Part shown: in pieces, positions 37,706 to 46,165 of the stretch
How the letters are laid out: each line of letters starts with the position of its first letter
Numbering within the stretch: position 1 is the stretch's first letter
Assembly: GCA_001000675.1 (NCBI GenBank)
Contig: LCHW01000003.1
Span: forward strand, 3,873 to 67,872
Direction of reading: 5' to 3'
DNA: 64,000 nucleotides
From: Candidatus Wolfebacteria bacterium GW2011_GWE2_44_13
GTDB taxonomy: Bacteria > Patescibacteriota > Minisyncoccia > UBA6257 > UBA9933
The notes under the pieces: generated by a model
The model's input: only the letters and a program-made list of their open reading frames with translations
Told to the model about the DNA's origin: nothing
Database searches by the model: none
Made by a program: the position numbers and the translations under genes

Positions 37706-39013
37706 TTACAGCTTTATTGCTTTTGTCACTGCATCACTCCCTGCCAAGATTGACTCCAGCTTTTCTGACATCTGGCTTGAAGCACGCATCGAGAGTCCTA
37801 TCCCGAAATTTTTCTTTGATAAATTCAACACCTGCGCAACGTTATGTGCAGTAATGATATTACGTAATCGTTCAGTAATTATTTCATCCAATCGTAACTG
37901 TTGCTGCTCATCTATCTTTCCTCTATATTCCCCCAAAAGCCATCGTCGAATTTTTTGCGCTTCTTCAACGAGCGGTGACTCGGGATTTTTCTCAAGCATT
38001 GCATATACCTGCTCTACGGTATGTCGCTGTTCCATAATACCTTCAATGATAAAGCTTATCTTGGCAGCCTTCCCCTTCCATAAGCCCACCCCTCCTCTGC
38101 GATAGGATCGATCCAAAACTTCTTGAAATACATCACCGTCGATATGGTCAGTCAATCGCTGTAGCAAAAAGAACTCAAAGCGCTTTACTTCGTCACTTGA
38201 ATACCCGCGCAATAATAAATTGGATAACGACTTTGCCATAACCTGCCCTGGCTCCATATTAGGATTGAGCTGATTATACATCAATTTAGAAACCGCTTGC
38301 GCAATATCGCCCTGTTCTTTTGGCTCTTCAACGCGCAACAAAACACCGTCTTTCATGTAGAAGATTTTACGCGCATCTCGCAAGCTCCACGCTTCATGCG
38401 TTACCATAATAATAGTTCTTCCATCCTTGACGTTTAACTCTTTCATGAACTCGAGCACCTTGTTTGCATTCTCAGAATCAAGGTTTCCTAATGGCTCATC
38501 ACAAATAATAATCGGCGGGTTATTTGCCAATGCACGCGCAATACCTACACGCTGCTGCTGCCCCCCTGAAAGCTCTGCGGGTAATCGATTTGCGTATGGC
38601 GCAATATTTAAGCGCTCGAGCAATTTCATTCCTTCAGTTCTGCGTCGTTCAAGTGAAATACCTAAAAATGCCATTGGCAAAGAAACGTTATCGAGCACAG
38701 AAATTGATGGGATAAGGTTGAACTGTTGGAACACAATTCCAACTCCGATTTGGCGGAATACTGCGAGCTCTCGCTTAGAAAACTGAGCAATGTCTCTTCC
38801 GTTTACCAAAACTTTTCCGCTTGTTACTCGTTCTGATTCCATACCGCTCAATACGTACAAAACAGTTGTTTTGCCACACCCAGACGGACCAAAAAATGCG
38901 CAGTATTCGCCTTTATTTATCTCAAGACTGACGTTCCGTAAAGCCCAGACCTCTGTAGGCTTTCCTTGGTCGTAGTAAAGATTTATCCCCTCCAATTTTA
39001 TGATTGGCTCCAT
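37706..39013 (-). CDS. ABC transporter ATP-binding protein with C-terminal extension of about 200 aa
   Basis: Walker A GPSGCGKTT, signature LSGGQQQRV, Walker B IIICDEP. Confidence 0.8.
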   Translation of the reverse strand: MEPIIKLEGINLYYDQGKPTEVWALRNVSLEINKGEYCAFFGPSGCGKTTVLYVLSGMESERVTSGKVLVNGRDIAQFSKRELAVFRQIGVGIVFQQFNLIPSISVLDNVSLPMAFLGISLERRRTEGMKLLERLNIAPYANRLPAELSGGQQQRVGIARALANNPPIIICDEPLGNLDSENANKVLEFMKELNVKDGRTIIMVTHEAWSLRDARKIFYMKDGVLLRVEEPKEQGDIAQAVSKLMYNQLNPNMEPGQVMAKSLSNLLLRGYSSDEVKRFEFFLLQRLTDHIDGDVFQEVLDRSYRRGGVGLWKGKAAKISFIIEGIMEQRHTVEQVYAMLEKNPESPLVEEAQKIRRWLLGEYRGKIDEQQQLRLDEIITERLRNIITAHNVAQVLNLSKKNFGIGLSMRASSQMSEKLESILAGSDAVTKAIKL

Positions 39014-39019
39014 AAATAC

Positions 39020-39469
39020 TTATTTAGAATACTGATATACCGAGCTATCTTGCTTTGCTAAGCTATCGAATATTTTAATTAAATCTTGTGGCAAGTGCTC
39101 TTCTTTTGCCAAATACATATCAGCGCCATTTTTCTTTGCCTCTTCAATGTCTTTTTTATCAGTGTACCCCGAAAAAACAATCACTTTAATGTGCTTTAGA
39201 TTCGGGTCTGCTTTTATTGTTCGCAAAATACTCATCCCCGCTTCGGAGGTTGTCATTTCTTTACCATCCTTCTTAAACGGCATTACAAGATCTAAAAATA
39301 CGACGTTGATATTCTTTGTTGAGTCGCGTAGAATAGCCCATGCTTCATCAACACCCGGCGCAACTTCCAAATGAAATTGTCCTTCAAGGCCATGTAGCCA
39401 AAATATATCCTTGAAAAAAATTCTAATGACCTCGTTATCGTCAACGAGGAGAATGTTTATTTTATCCAT
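39020..39469 (-). CDS. Single-domain response regulator (CheY-like receiver)
   Basis: LLVDDNEV ... VFLDLVMP ... receiver fold with no output domain. Confidence 0.75.
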   Translation of the reverse strand: MDKINILLVDDNEVIRIFFKDIFWLHGLEGQFHLEVAPGVDEAWAILRDSTKNINVVFLDLVMPFKKDGKEMTTSEAGMSILRTIKADPNLKHIKVIVFSGYTDKKDIEEAKKNGADMYLAKEEHLPQDLIKIFDSLAKQDSSVYQYSK

Positions 39470-39595
39470 AAATAATATACGTATGTCACTATTCCTTTTA
39501 AGTATACACTAAAATGGCGTTATTGAACAATGCATAACTCTTCTTACTCCCATTGAAAACAAATGCGAATGGTCTATACTAAAATATCGTTTACA

Positions 39596-39669
39596 TGGAC
39601 TCATAGCTCAGCTGGTTAGAGCGTTCGATTCACATTCGAGAGGTCACAGGTTCGAATCCTGTTGGGTCC
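39596..39669 (+). tRNA. tRNA-Val (anticodon CAC)
   Basis: Acceptor ggactca/tgggtcc, anticodon loop ttcacat. Confidence 0.85.
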
Positions 39670-39817
39670 ACCCGTATTAGAGATGGGAGGTTTGAGATAA
39701 GAGATGTGAGACGGAAAATTCGACGGGACTCATTATTTCTCTTGGTTCGAATCCAGTAGCGACACTAGTTTTTCATAAGGCTATTAAATTTTGCATAAGT
39801 AAGCTAATGTATAAAAT

Positions 39818-40273
39818 ATGATACATGTAGAATTTATCACTCCATCTTCTTTAAATTGGAATACTTTGGGTAGCCAAATATACAACATAGAGGTGAGCAT
39901 CTTTGGCGAGGAGTCGCTTAGTGAAGAAATGATGAGAGATGACATAAATGACCCCGAGGTTACTTTGGTTTTGTTAAAAAAGGATGAATCTATTGTCGGA
40001 TTTACCTATGCACTTCCTGAAAGCGGTGGAGTTGCCCGTATCGTTGATACGGTAATTATAAAGGAGCGCCAGAGCAAAGGTCTTATTTCTATGCTCATGA
40101 CATGCCTAGAGACAGAATTGCGCAAGAAAGGCTATGAGTATGTCACAAGAGATGCGATGGTTGATAATGGGTATGCGGATAAAATCACGAGAAATTATAG
40201 CTCTCGGATTATTGAGACGAGGGACTTTATTGGAGAATGGGGTAAGCAAAGGTATTTCAAAATTCGCATTTAA
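39818..40273 (+). CDS. GNAT-family N-acetyltransferase (putative)
   Basis: 151 aa with an acetyl-CoA-binding-like ERQSKGLISMLM segment. Confidence 0.5.
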   Translation: MIHVEFITPSSLNWNTLGSQIYNIEVSIFGEESLSEEMMRDDINDPEVTLVLLKKDESIVGFTYALPESGGVARIVDTVIIKERQSKGLISMLMTCLETELRKKGYEYVTRDAMVDNGYADKITRNYSSRIIETRDFIGEWGKQRYFKIRI

Positions 40274-40398
40274 CTAATGGCTAGTTAGCCCCACTTCCAG
40301 AAGTCGTCAAAAAGGTTCCAACATCGTCCCATAGCGCCGACTAAAAAACAACCCACGCAAGTGGGTTGTTTCTTGTATTAAATTAATATATTCAGATA

Positions 40399-40486
40399 AA
40401 GTGCGAGGCACGGGAATATCAATGAGGAAGCTGTGCAGAAGTACTGCGACCGAATTGATAGGGGCCCGTAACGATGCAATTTGCTG
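40399..40486 (-). ncRNA. Structured RNA-like repeat element, copy 2 (downstream of rplL)
   Basis: Conserved backbone with stem tatcaat/attgata (compensatory relative to copy 3). Confidence 0.45.
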
Positions 40487-40504
40487 AATATATTATATTT
40501 AAAT

Positions 40505-40870
40505 TTATTTCAACTCTACTACTGCACCTACATCTTCCAACTGCTTCTTCAAGGCTTCGGCATCTTCCTTCTTCATGCCTTCCTTTACTGCCTTTGGAGC
40601 TGCGTCTACGATATCCTTTGCTTCCTTAAGACCCAATCCGGTTACTTCTTTTACAACCTTGATTACGTTGATCTTCTGGTCGCCTGCTTCTTTCAAGATA
40701 ACGTCATATGCAGACTTCTCTTCCTCTTCAGCTGCTCCTGCTGCTGCGCCTGAACCTGCTGGCATTGATGCTGATACGCCAAACTTTTCTTCCAATACTT
40801 TGACCAATTCCGCCAATTCAACAACGGTCATTGACTCAATCTTTTCGATGATGTCTTTAAACTTTTCCAT
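40505..40870 (-). CDS. rplL: 50S ribosomal protein L7/L12
   Basis: 121 aa with the classic L12 N-terminal and C-terminal domain sequence. Confidence 0.92.
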   Translation of the reverse strand: MEKFKDIIEKIESMTVVELAELVKVLEEKFGVSASMPAGSGAAAGAAEEEEKSAYDVILKEAGDQKINVIKVVKEVTGLGLKEAKDIVDAAPKAVKEGMKKEDAEALKKQLEDVGAVVELK

Positions 40871-40910
40871 AAAAATAAATTAATTAATTATTCTACCCCT
40901 AAGATGCACA

Positions 40911-41000
40911 TATTTTAATGGAGTGCGAGGCATGGGAATATCGATGAGGAAGCTGTACAAGAAGTACTGCGCCGAATCGATAGGGGCCCATAACGAAGCA
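40911..41000 (-). ncRNA. Structured RNA-like repeat element, copy 3 (rplJ-rplL intergenic)
   Basis: Stem tatcgat/atcgata, inner hairpin gtac aagaa gtac, conserved ggggccc and gtaacgaagca. Confidence 0.45.
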
Positions 41001-41019
41001 ATCCGCAAAATATACAATC

Positions 41020-41520
41020 TTACTTCGAACCCATTTCTGCTTTTTGACTAAGTACATACATAAACATACGAATCGGTGCGGCAAGCATACCAACGACCTG
41101 TCCAATAAGAACTTCTCGTGATGGCAACTGACCAATCTGCTTCGTTGTTTTTGCATCCATGAATACCTTCCCTTCCATGTCATATGCTCCATAGATATCA
41201 CATCCTTTCTTTTCCTTCGATTTGAAGAATTTATAGACAGGGGCTGCAACATCGGAGATATTTGCTGAAGAAAAGATTGTTGCGAGCTGTGTTTCGAATT
41301 GTTCTGGGTTGATATCAACTCCTGCCTTTTCGAGAGACACGCGCAACAGCTTTTTGTTCACAACTCGTACGGTTGATCCGAGGGGACGCAAGGTCTTTTT
41401 CAATTCCTTGATATCTTCCACGCCAGTTCCAGAGAAGTTGATGAACATTAGATTCTTGCTATTCTTTAGCAATTCTTGCGTTTCCGCAATGATTACTTTC
41501 TTTTGATCTCTTGTTTTCAT
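41020..41520 (-). CDS. rplJ: 50S ribosomal protein L10
   Basis: 166 aa, L10 family. Confidence 0.9.
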   Translation of the reverse strand: MKTRDQKKVIIAETQELLKNSKNLMFINFSGTGVEDIKELKKTLRPLGSTVRVVNKKLLRVSLEKAGVDINPEQFETQLATIFSSANISDVAAPVYKFFKSKEKKGCDIYGAYDMEGKVFMDAKTTKQIGQLPSREVLIGQVVGMLAAPIRMFMYVLSQKAEMGSK

Positions 41521-41760
41521 TGTATTCTGCTTTTTGGTTTTTTAACTTCTCGACCTTTCATACCGTTTCTATATTCCTTCGGTTTTACTCAGGATAAATA
41601 AAAAACGGCATACCGCCGCAGAATCGTCCTAAATTAGGAGTTTCCTCGGTAGGGTTTACTCGGTTGAGGCCAGCCCATTTACAATGGGCTGGATCCTCGC
41701 TGTTGCAACCGATCGCTTCGCTTTCGGGCAACGCCGGGACCTACTGTCTACGGTATTGGC
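41521..41760 (-). ncRNA. Long structured 5' leader of rplJ (candidate L10 leader autoregulatory element)
   Basis: About 240-nt leader between a canonical promoter and the rplJ start, with several GC stems (gcccatttacaatgggc; ccggcgttgcccgaaagcgaagcgatcgg). Confidence 0.4.
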
Positions 41761-41763
41761 TCT

Positions 41764-41792
41764 ATAATAGTTTAATGCTGTTCTTTTGTCAA
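41764..41792 (-). promoter_or_regulatory. Canonical sigma70 promoter, TTGACA-17-TATTAT
   Basis: Minus strand ttgacaaaagaacagcattaaactattat. The -35 is at 41787-41792 and the -10 at 41764-41769. Confidence 0.65.
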
Positions 41793-41797
41793 CAAAA

Positions 41798-41819
41798 AAG
41801 GGCCTCTTGCGAGGCCCTT
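41798..41819. terminator. Rho-independent terminator
   Basis: aagggcctc ttgc gaggccctt with A/T runs on both sides. Confidence 0.65.
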
Positions 41820-41844
41820 TGGGAATATCTCCCGTGTTTCATAA

Positions 41845-42138
41845 TTACCAGAAGGAAATGATTCCCTCCACGATCGGCTGGATTTTTCCCCTAACCGCAA
41901 GTTGATCGGCATGAGAGATAGTCTCCACGTTTACCGATGTTGACTTCCCCTCCCGTTTATATTTCCCGACCTTATACCCCGGAACCACTGCGTAGGGATT
42001 CCTGCTCCCCCCAGGATGCGCCTGCATGAACACAACCGTTCTTCCATCATGGAGAATCTCTTGAAGCGATCCCCAATTCACGCTTATGTTTCCTTCGAGA
42101 CTTCTTCCGGTGGTGTGGCGCAATTTCCGATTCGCCAT
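41845..42138 (-). CDS. Hypothetical basic protein
   Basis: 97 aa. No confident family. Confidence 0.4.
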   Translation of the reverse strand: MANRKLRHTTGRSLEGNISVNWGSLQEILHDGRTVVFMQAHPGGSRNPYAVVPGYKVGKYKREGKSTSVNVETISHADQLAVRGKIQPIVEGIISFW

Positions 42139-42208
42139 GCGTCTCTCCTTCTTGTTATCGAATTTTTAGTGCTGATTATATTAAACACTATTTTTAATAT
42201 TTGTCAAC

Positions 42209-42733
42209 TTATTCTTCAGCCCTCCCAGCCTCTTCTTTCTTTCTTCTTTTCTTAATCACAACTCCCAAATCCCTGGCAACTGATACGATTGCGGCCTCCC
42301 CTTCTTTTGAAACTGTCCATGCAAATACCAGTGTCTCTTTTGGTTTATTTTCTGTAATTTCCATAACTTGCGCTATGGTCATTTTTTTTACATACCCTTT
42401 CCCTCTATATTCCGGTTTCGTAAATGCGGCAAATAGATAGAGCGCGTCGTGCGTGTTGCTGTACTCAGTTTTATCAAGTAATTCTTGTTCCGTTATTCGC
42501 CGCTCGATAAAATCATTTGCCAATTCTTTTGACGTCGGGATTACAACTGTCCATGCAATCAGCTCTCCCTGCTCATTTACCGCAAACTTATACGCCGAAG
42601 GATGCAACGAAGAAATCTTCTCATAATTTTCGCGTGTTGCTTTAATCTCTGTGGGGTCATTAAACTGCGCAAAAAATTCGCCTCCTACCTTTAGCACTTC
42701 TTCAATATATTTTTCTTTTATAATTTCATTCAT
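42209..42733 (-). CDS. GNAT-like acetyltransferase (putative)
   Basis: 174 aa. YRGKGYVKKMTIAQVM resembles GNAT motif A (R/Q-x-x-G-x-G/A). Its start overlaps the upstream ORF by 8 nt. Confidence 0.4.
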   Translation of the reverse strand: MNEIIKEKYIEEVLKVGGEFFAQFNDPTEIKATRENYEKISSLHPSAYKFAVNEQGELIAWTVVIPTSKELANDFIERRITEQELLDKTEYSNTHDALYLFAAFTKPEYRGKGYVKKMTIAQVMEITENKPKETLVFAWTVSKEGEAAIVSVARDLGVVIKKRRKKEEAGRAEE

Positions 42734-43067
42734 ATCGTTCGTTCAATTCGCTTAGAATTTCCGCTGGCAATGGTTCACCTATTTTTGTTTTCCCTGGATA
42801 TCTCCACGCAGAAATAACTCTTCGCTCGCTTGGCGTCTCCACAATCATAACCCATATTTCTTGATTCCAATCTTCTGTTCCTTTCCCTGTATTTGTCATC
42901 GATACTGGTTGCATCAATGCAATTGTGTTTTCCGCAATGCCCTCTTCTATACGCCGCGGTGTATGTAAAACACGCCGCACTCGTCCTTCGGACAATCGGT
43001 AATATTGCATCTTCATCTTTGCGTGACTAGTCCACTTCAGTGGTTTTATTTTTTTGATTGCAAACAT
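42726..43067 (-). CDS. Hypothetical small protein, translationally coupled to the GNAT-like gene
   Basis: 113 aa. Confidence 0.4.
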   Translation of the reverse strand: MFAIKKIKPLKWTSHAKMKMQYYRLSEGRVRRVLHTPRRIEEGIAENTIALMQPVSMTNTGKGTEDWNQEIWVMIVETPSERRVISAWRYPGKTKIGEPLPAEILSELNERYE

Positions 43068-43190
43068 ATTTTTTTCTACAACGATAAGGACGGAAATGAA
43101 ATCTTTTGCTATAATTATAGCAAATCACATGCCGTTTATCGGCATCTTCGTGTATACACCTAATTCATTATTGCATCTTTTACTCACCTT

Positions 43191-45110
43191 ATGAATCTAT
43201 CAAAATTCTTCGCTTCCGCACAATACGTTCTCCTCGCAATTATTCTTTCGGTTTCGTTTCTCTTGATGTATGATTCGTCACAAAAGGAGGCTGCGATTAT
43301 GGACGAGCTTGCGCATATTCCTGCGGGATATGGGTATGTAAGTGAACTTGATGCGCGTCTTAATCCAGAGCATCCGCCATTAGTCAAAATAGCGGCTGCG
43401 TTACCCCTATTATTCCTCGACCTTAACTTTCCTACCGATAGTACTGCATGGAAAGATGATGTAAACGGACAATGGGTCATGGGGTCGCAATTTCTCTATG
43501 AATCCGGCAATGATGCGGATAGAATTCTTGCAGTATCGCGCCTTGGACCAATAATACTCATGCTTCTTCTCTCTTTGCTCGTGTTCGTATGGTCACGCTC
43601 ATTGATGGGTTCTTGGTGGGCGCTTCTTCCAACCACGCTCACTGCGTTTTCTCCGTCCATGCTTGCCCATGGGCACTATGTCACCACCGATGTTGGCGCA
43701 TCACTTGGTTTTATTTTGGCGATCTACTTTTTCGGCAAGTTTATGCTGCACAATACGAAAAAGAATCTTGCCTATGCCGGTGTTGCCTATGGTATCGCAC
43801 AGCTTCTTAAGTTTTCTGCGGTGCTTCTTATTCCGCTTTTCCTTTTCCTTATCGCAATATTTGTGTTTGTAAAAGCGTTTAATCATCGCGTTTCCCTTCT
43901 CTCGAAGCTTGGCTATGTTGTTAACTATAGCTTCCGCTATCTTGGCTACCTTGCTGGTATTTTCGCTGTCGGTTATTTCCTTGTGTATTTGGTATATATC
44001 CCTATCACAATCAATTATCCGATGGAAAAACAGAAGTCGGATACTACCTATATCCTTTCTAACTTTGGTGGAGAAAATAACACTATCCCCGAGTGCACTA
44101 TCACTGCCCCAAAGGCACGCTGCTTAGCAGACCTTACGATTGCAATGACGACCAATACCATTGCACGTCCGTTTGCACAATACATGCTCGGCGTATTGAT
44201 GGTTACCCAGCGTGCTGCAGGAGGCGCTACCGGATACTTTATGAATGAGGTTTCTAATGCTGGCTGGTGGTACTACTTCCCTGTCGTCTTCTTCTATAAA
44301 GAGCCGCTTCCTTCTCTTATCCTTATTGGATTTGCATTGCTTCTCGGCATTGGGACGTTCCTCAAAAACTTCCGTGGGCCGTCACGTCTCAAAGAACGAT
44401 TCTTTACGTACGTCAATCTCAATTTTGCTGAGTTCTCTATGCTCTCGTTTATTGCCTTGTATTGGCTGTACAGCATGAGTAGCCCCCTTAATATCGGAGT
44501 TCGCCATGTGCTCCCGACAATTCCGCTAATGTATATTCTTACTGCGGGACGGATTAAGCAATGGACACGACAAGAGCTCGATCTTTCGTATGGATTACTA
44601 CGTAATATACTTACTGTTATTTGGAGCACGCTTAAGTCATCCTTTAAAACAGCGATTATCCTCTTCTTCGTACTCTGGTATATCGCTGAAGCGTTTCTTG
44701 CTGGCCCTTATTTCATCTCCTATTTTAATGAGCTCGCCGATGGCACTCCTAATGGATACCGCATTGTAACCGACTCTAACTATGACTGGGGGCAAGATCT
44801 TAAACGTCTCGCAGAGTTTACCGAACAAAATAATATCTCCAAGATTGCTGTCAATTACTTCGGCGGAGGAAGTCTCCCCTACTATTTTGGCGACAAGGCC
44901 GTTGCATGGAACTCTACAATGGGCAATCCAAAGCAAGAAGGTATTGAGTGGTTTGCTATATCTATTAACAATCTACAAAGCAGTATTGCCCCGATCGTTT
45001 CTGACTTGCATCGCAATCCTGAAGATGAGTACCCTTGGCTTCTCAAAGATAAGTCGCCCTATAGTCCAGATGCTCGAGCTGGAACGTCGATATTTATCTA
45101 TAAGTTGTGA
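43191..45110 (+). CDS. GT-C-family glycosyltransferase (ArnT/PMT-like, lipid-carrier dependent)
   Basis: 639 aa with more than 10 TM helices. The first periplasmic loop has a DE..AH-like motif (MDELAHIPAGYGY). Confidence 0.7.
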   Translation: MNLSKFFASAQYVLLAIILSVSFLLMYDSSQKEAAIMDELAHIPAGYGYVSELDARLNPEHPPLVKIAAALPLLFLDLNFPTDSTAWKDDVNGQWVMGSQFLYESGNDADRILAVSRLGPIILMLLLSLLVFVWSRSLMGSWWALLPTTLTAFSPSMLAHGHYVTTDVGASLGFILAIYFFGKFMLHNTKKNLAYAGVAYGIAQLLKFSAVLLIPLFLFLIAIFVFVKAFNHRVSLLSKLGYVVNYSFRYLGYLAGIFAVGYFLVYLVYIPITINYPMEKQKSDTTYILSNFGGENNTIPECTITAPKARCLADLTIAMTTNTIARPFAQYMLGVLMVTQRAAGGATGYFMNEVSNAGWWYYFPVVFFYKEPLPSLILIGFALLLGIGTFLKNFRGPSRLKERFFTYVNLNFAEFSMLSFIALYWLYSMSSPLNIGVRHVLPTIPLMYILTAGRIKQWTRQELDLSYGLLRNILTVIWSTLKSSFKTAIILFFVLWYIAEAFLAGPYFISYFNELADGTPNGYRIVTDSNYDWGQDLKRLAEFTEQNNISKIAVNYFGGGSLPYYFGDKAVAWNSTMGNPKQEGIEWFAISINNLQSSIAPIVSDLHRNPEDEYPWLLKDKSPYSPDARAGTSIFIYKL

Positions 45111-45114
45111 TACC

Positions 45115-45145
45115 AAACCCATGCGCCTTAGGCGCATGGGTTTTT
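45115..45145 (+). terminator. Rho-independent terminator
   Basis: aaacccatgcgcc ttag gcgcatgggttt followed by a T-run. Confidence 0.7.
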
Positions 45146-45213
45146 GTTTACATCCTTCCTATTATATGGTATTTAAAAAGTAGCACCATATCACGATTCA
45201 AAGGAGGCAATAT

Positions 45214-45573
45214 ATGCCGCAAGTTTTAATTTTAGACAGTACGGGCGGAGCACTTACCGCTCGCAACCTCAAGGATACCCTTGAGACAGCCCTTCACACT
45301 ATCGTCGCAAAGGAGCTCGGCACAAGCGACATTTTACTGGACCCGAGTAAAGTAGGGGTAGTGACAATCCCCTGTAGCATGAATTACTTCGAAGCCGGCC
45401 CCACGAGCCAAATCTGCATTATGGTTTTCGCGCATTGGTCTCAAGAGCGCGAGGACAACCTGGAGTCTGTTCGCGTGCCGCAAATTGCAGCGGGTGTTAG
45501 GGAAATTCTCCCCGAGGACATTTGCGGCGGCGTCTTCGTGCGTCTCGCTCCTGGCGGCTTCGCTAAATTTTAG
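45214..45573 (+). CDS. Hypothetical protein (Pro-1 start; tautomerase/MIF-like is a weak guess)
   Basis: 119 aa beginning MPQVLILDST. GC-rich codons. Strong SD (aaaggagg) 8 nt upstream. Confidence 0.4.
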   Translation: MPQVLILDSTGGALTARNLKDTLETALHTIVAKELGTSDILLDPSKVGVVTIPCSMNYFEAGPTSQICIMVFAHWSQEREDNLESVRVPQIAAGVREILPEDICGGVFVRLAPGGFAKF

Positions 45574-45591
45574 CCACAGTCAGCCACACCA

Positions 45592-45625
45592 AAACAGGCT
45601 CCTGAAAGGGAGCCTGTATTTTTTT
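45592..45625 (+). terminator. Rho-independent terminator (cassette 1)
   Basis: acaggctcc tgaaa gggagcctgt followed by ttttttt. Confidence 0.75.
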
Positions 45626-45698
45626 ACTTGCATAACTAATATCTTTATGGTATTAAGAAATCAGCACACTATCTTTCTAGAAAAAGGAGCTTATCCGT

Positions 45699-46109
45699 AT
45701 GAGTAAACCCCGCTGTATCACGTGGGATCTGGCAGCCACAAGAATCCTCGACGCACTCTCATCGCCCGAAGCAAACAAAGCAGTCGCCGATCTTACAGAA
45801 TTTCTTACTGGGACTGATGGGCGAAACGCCATTCATTGCCTCCTTAATTTTACGGGACGGCATATTGTCTTTGCCGAAGTAATAGAGGTTCATCCCGTCA
45901 TACCCCGCACTGTTTATGCTCTTACGAAAGTGGGGCTCGTAAAAACTGGCGCATCCTCAACGCTGCCAGGTGGCTTTCCTGAAACAATTCCCATTTCTGC
46001 TGCCGAGATAGTTGGAGCTACTATTCAGTTTGGGAATACAAAGCCCGAGCAAATCATGCCCTGGCTCCTCGCCGAGCTCGATACCATTGCCGCAGAAACG
46101 CTCCCATAA
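45699..46109 (+). CDS. Hypothetical protein
   Basis: 136 aa, GC-rich. SD (aaaggagc) upstream. Confidence 0.4.
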   Translation: MSKPRCITWDLAATRILDALSSPEANKAVADLTEFLTGTDGRNAIHCLLNFTGRHIVFAEVIEVHPVIPRTVYALTKVGLVKTGASSTLPGGFPETIPISAAEIVGATIQFGNTKPEQIMPWLLAELDTIAAETLP

Positions 46110-46124
46110 TCGCATCACGTAACA

Positions 46125-46157
46125 AAACAGGCTCCCGAAAGGGAGCCTGCATTTTTT
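46125..46157 (+). terminator. Rho-independent terminator (cassette 2; near-identical to cassette 1)
   Basis: acaggctcc cgaaa gggagcctgc followed by attttttat. Confidence 0.75.
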
Positions 46158-46165
46158 ATACTCTT

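Noticed and set aside
40899-41318. 139-aa ORF on the minus strand overlapping rplJ and the rplJ-rplL spacer
   Set aside because: It is out of frame with the well-supported L10 gene and covers the structured repeat element, so it is not coding.
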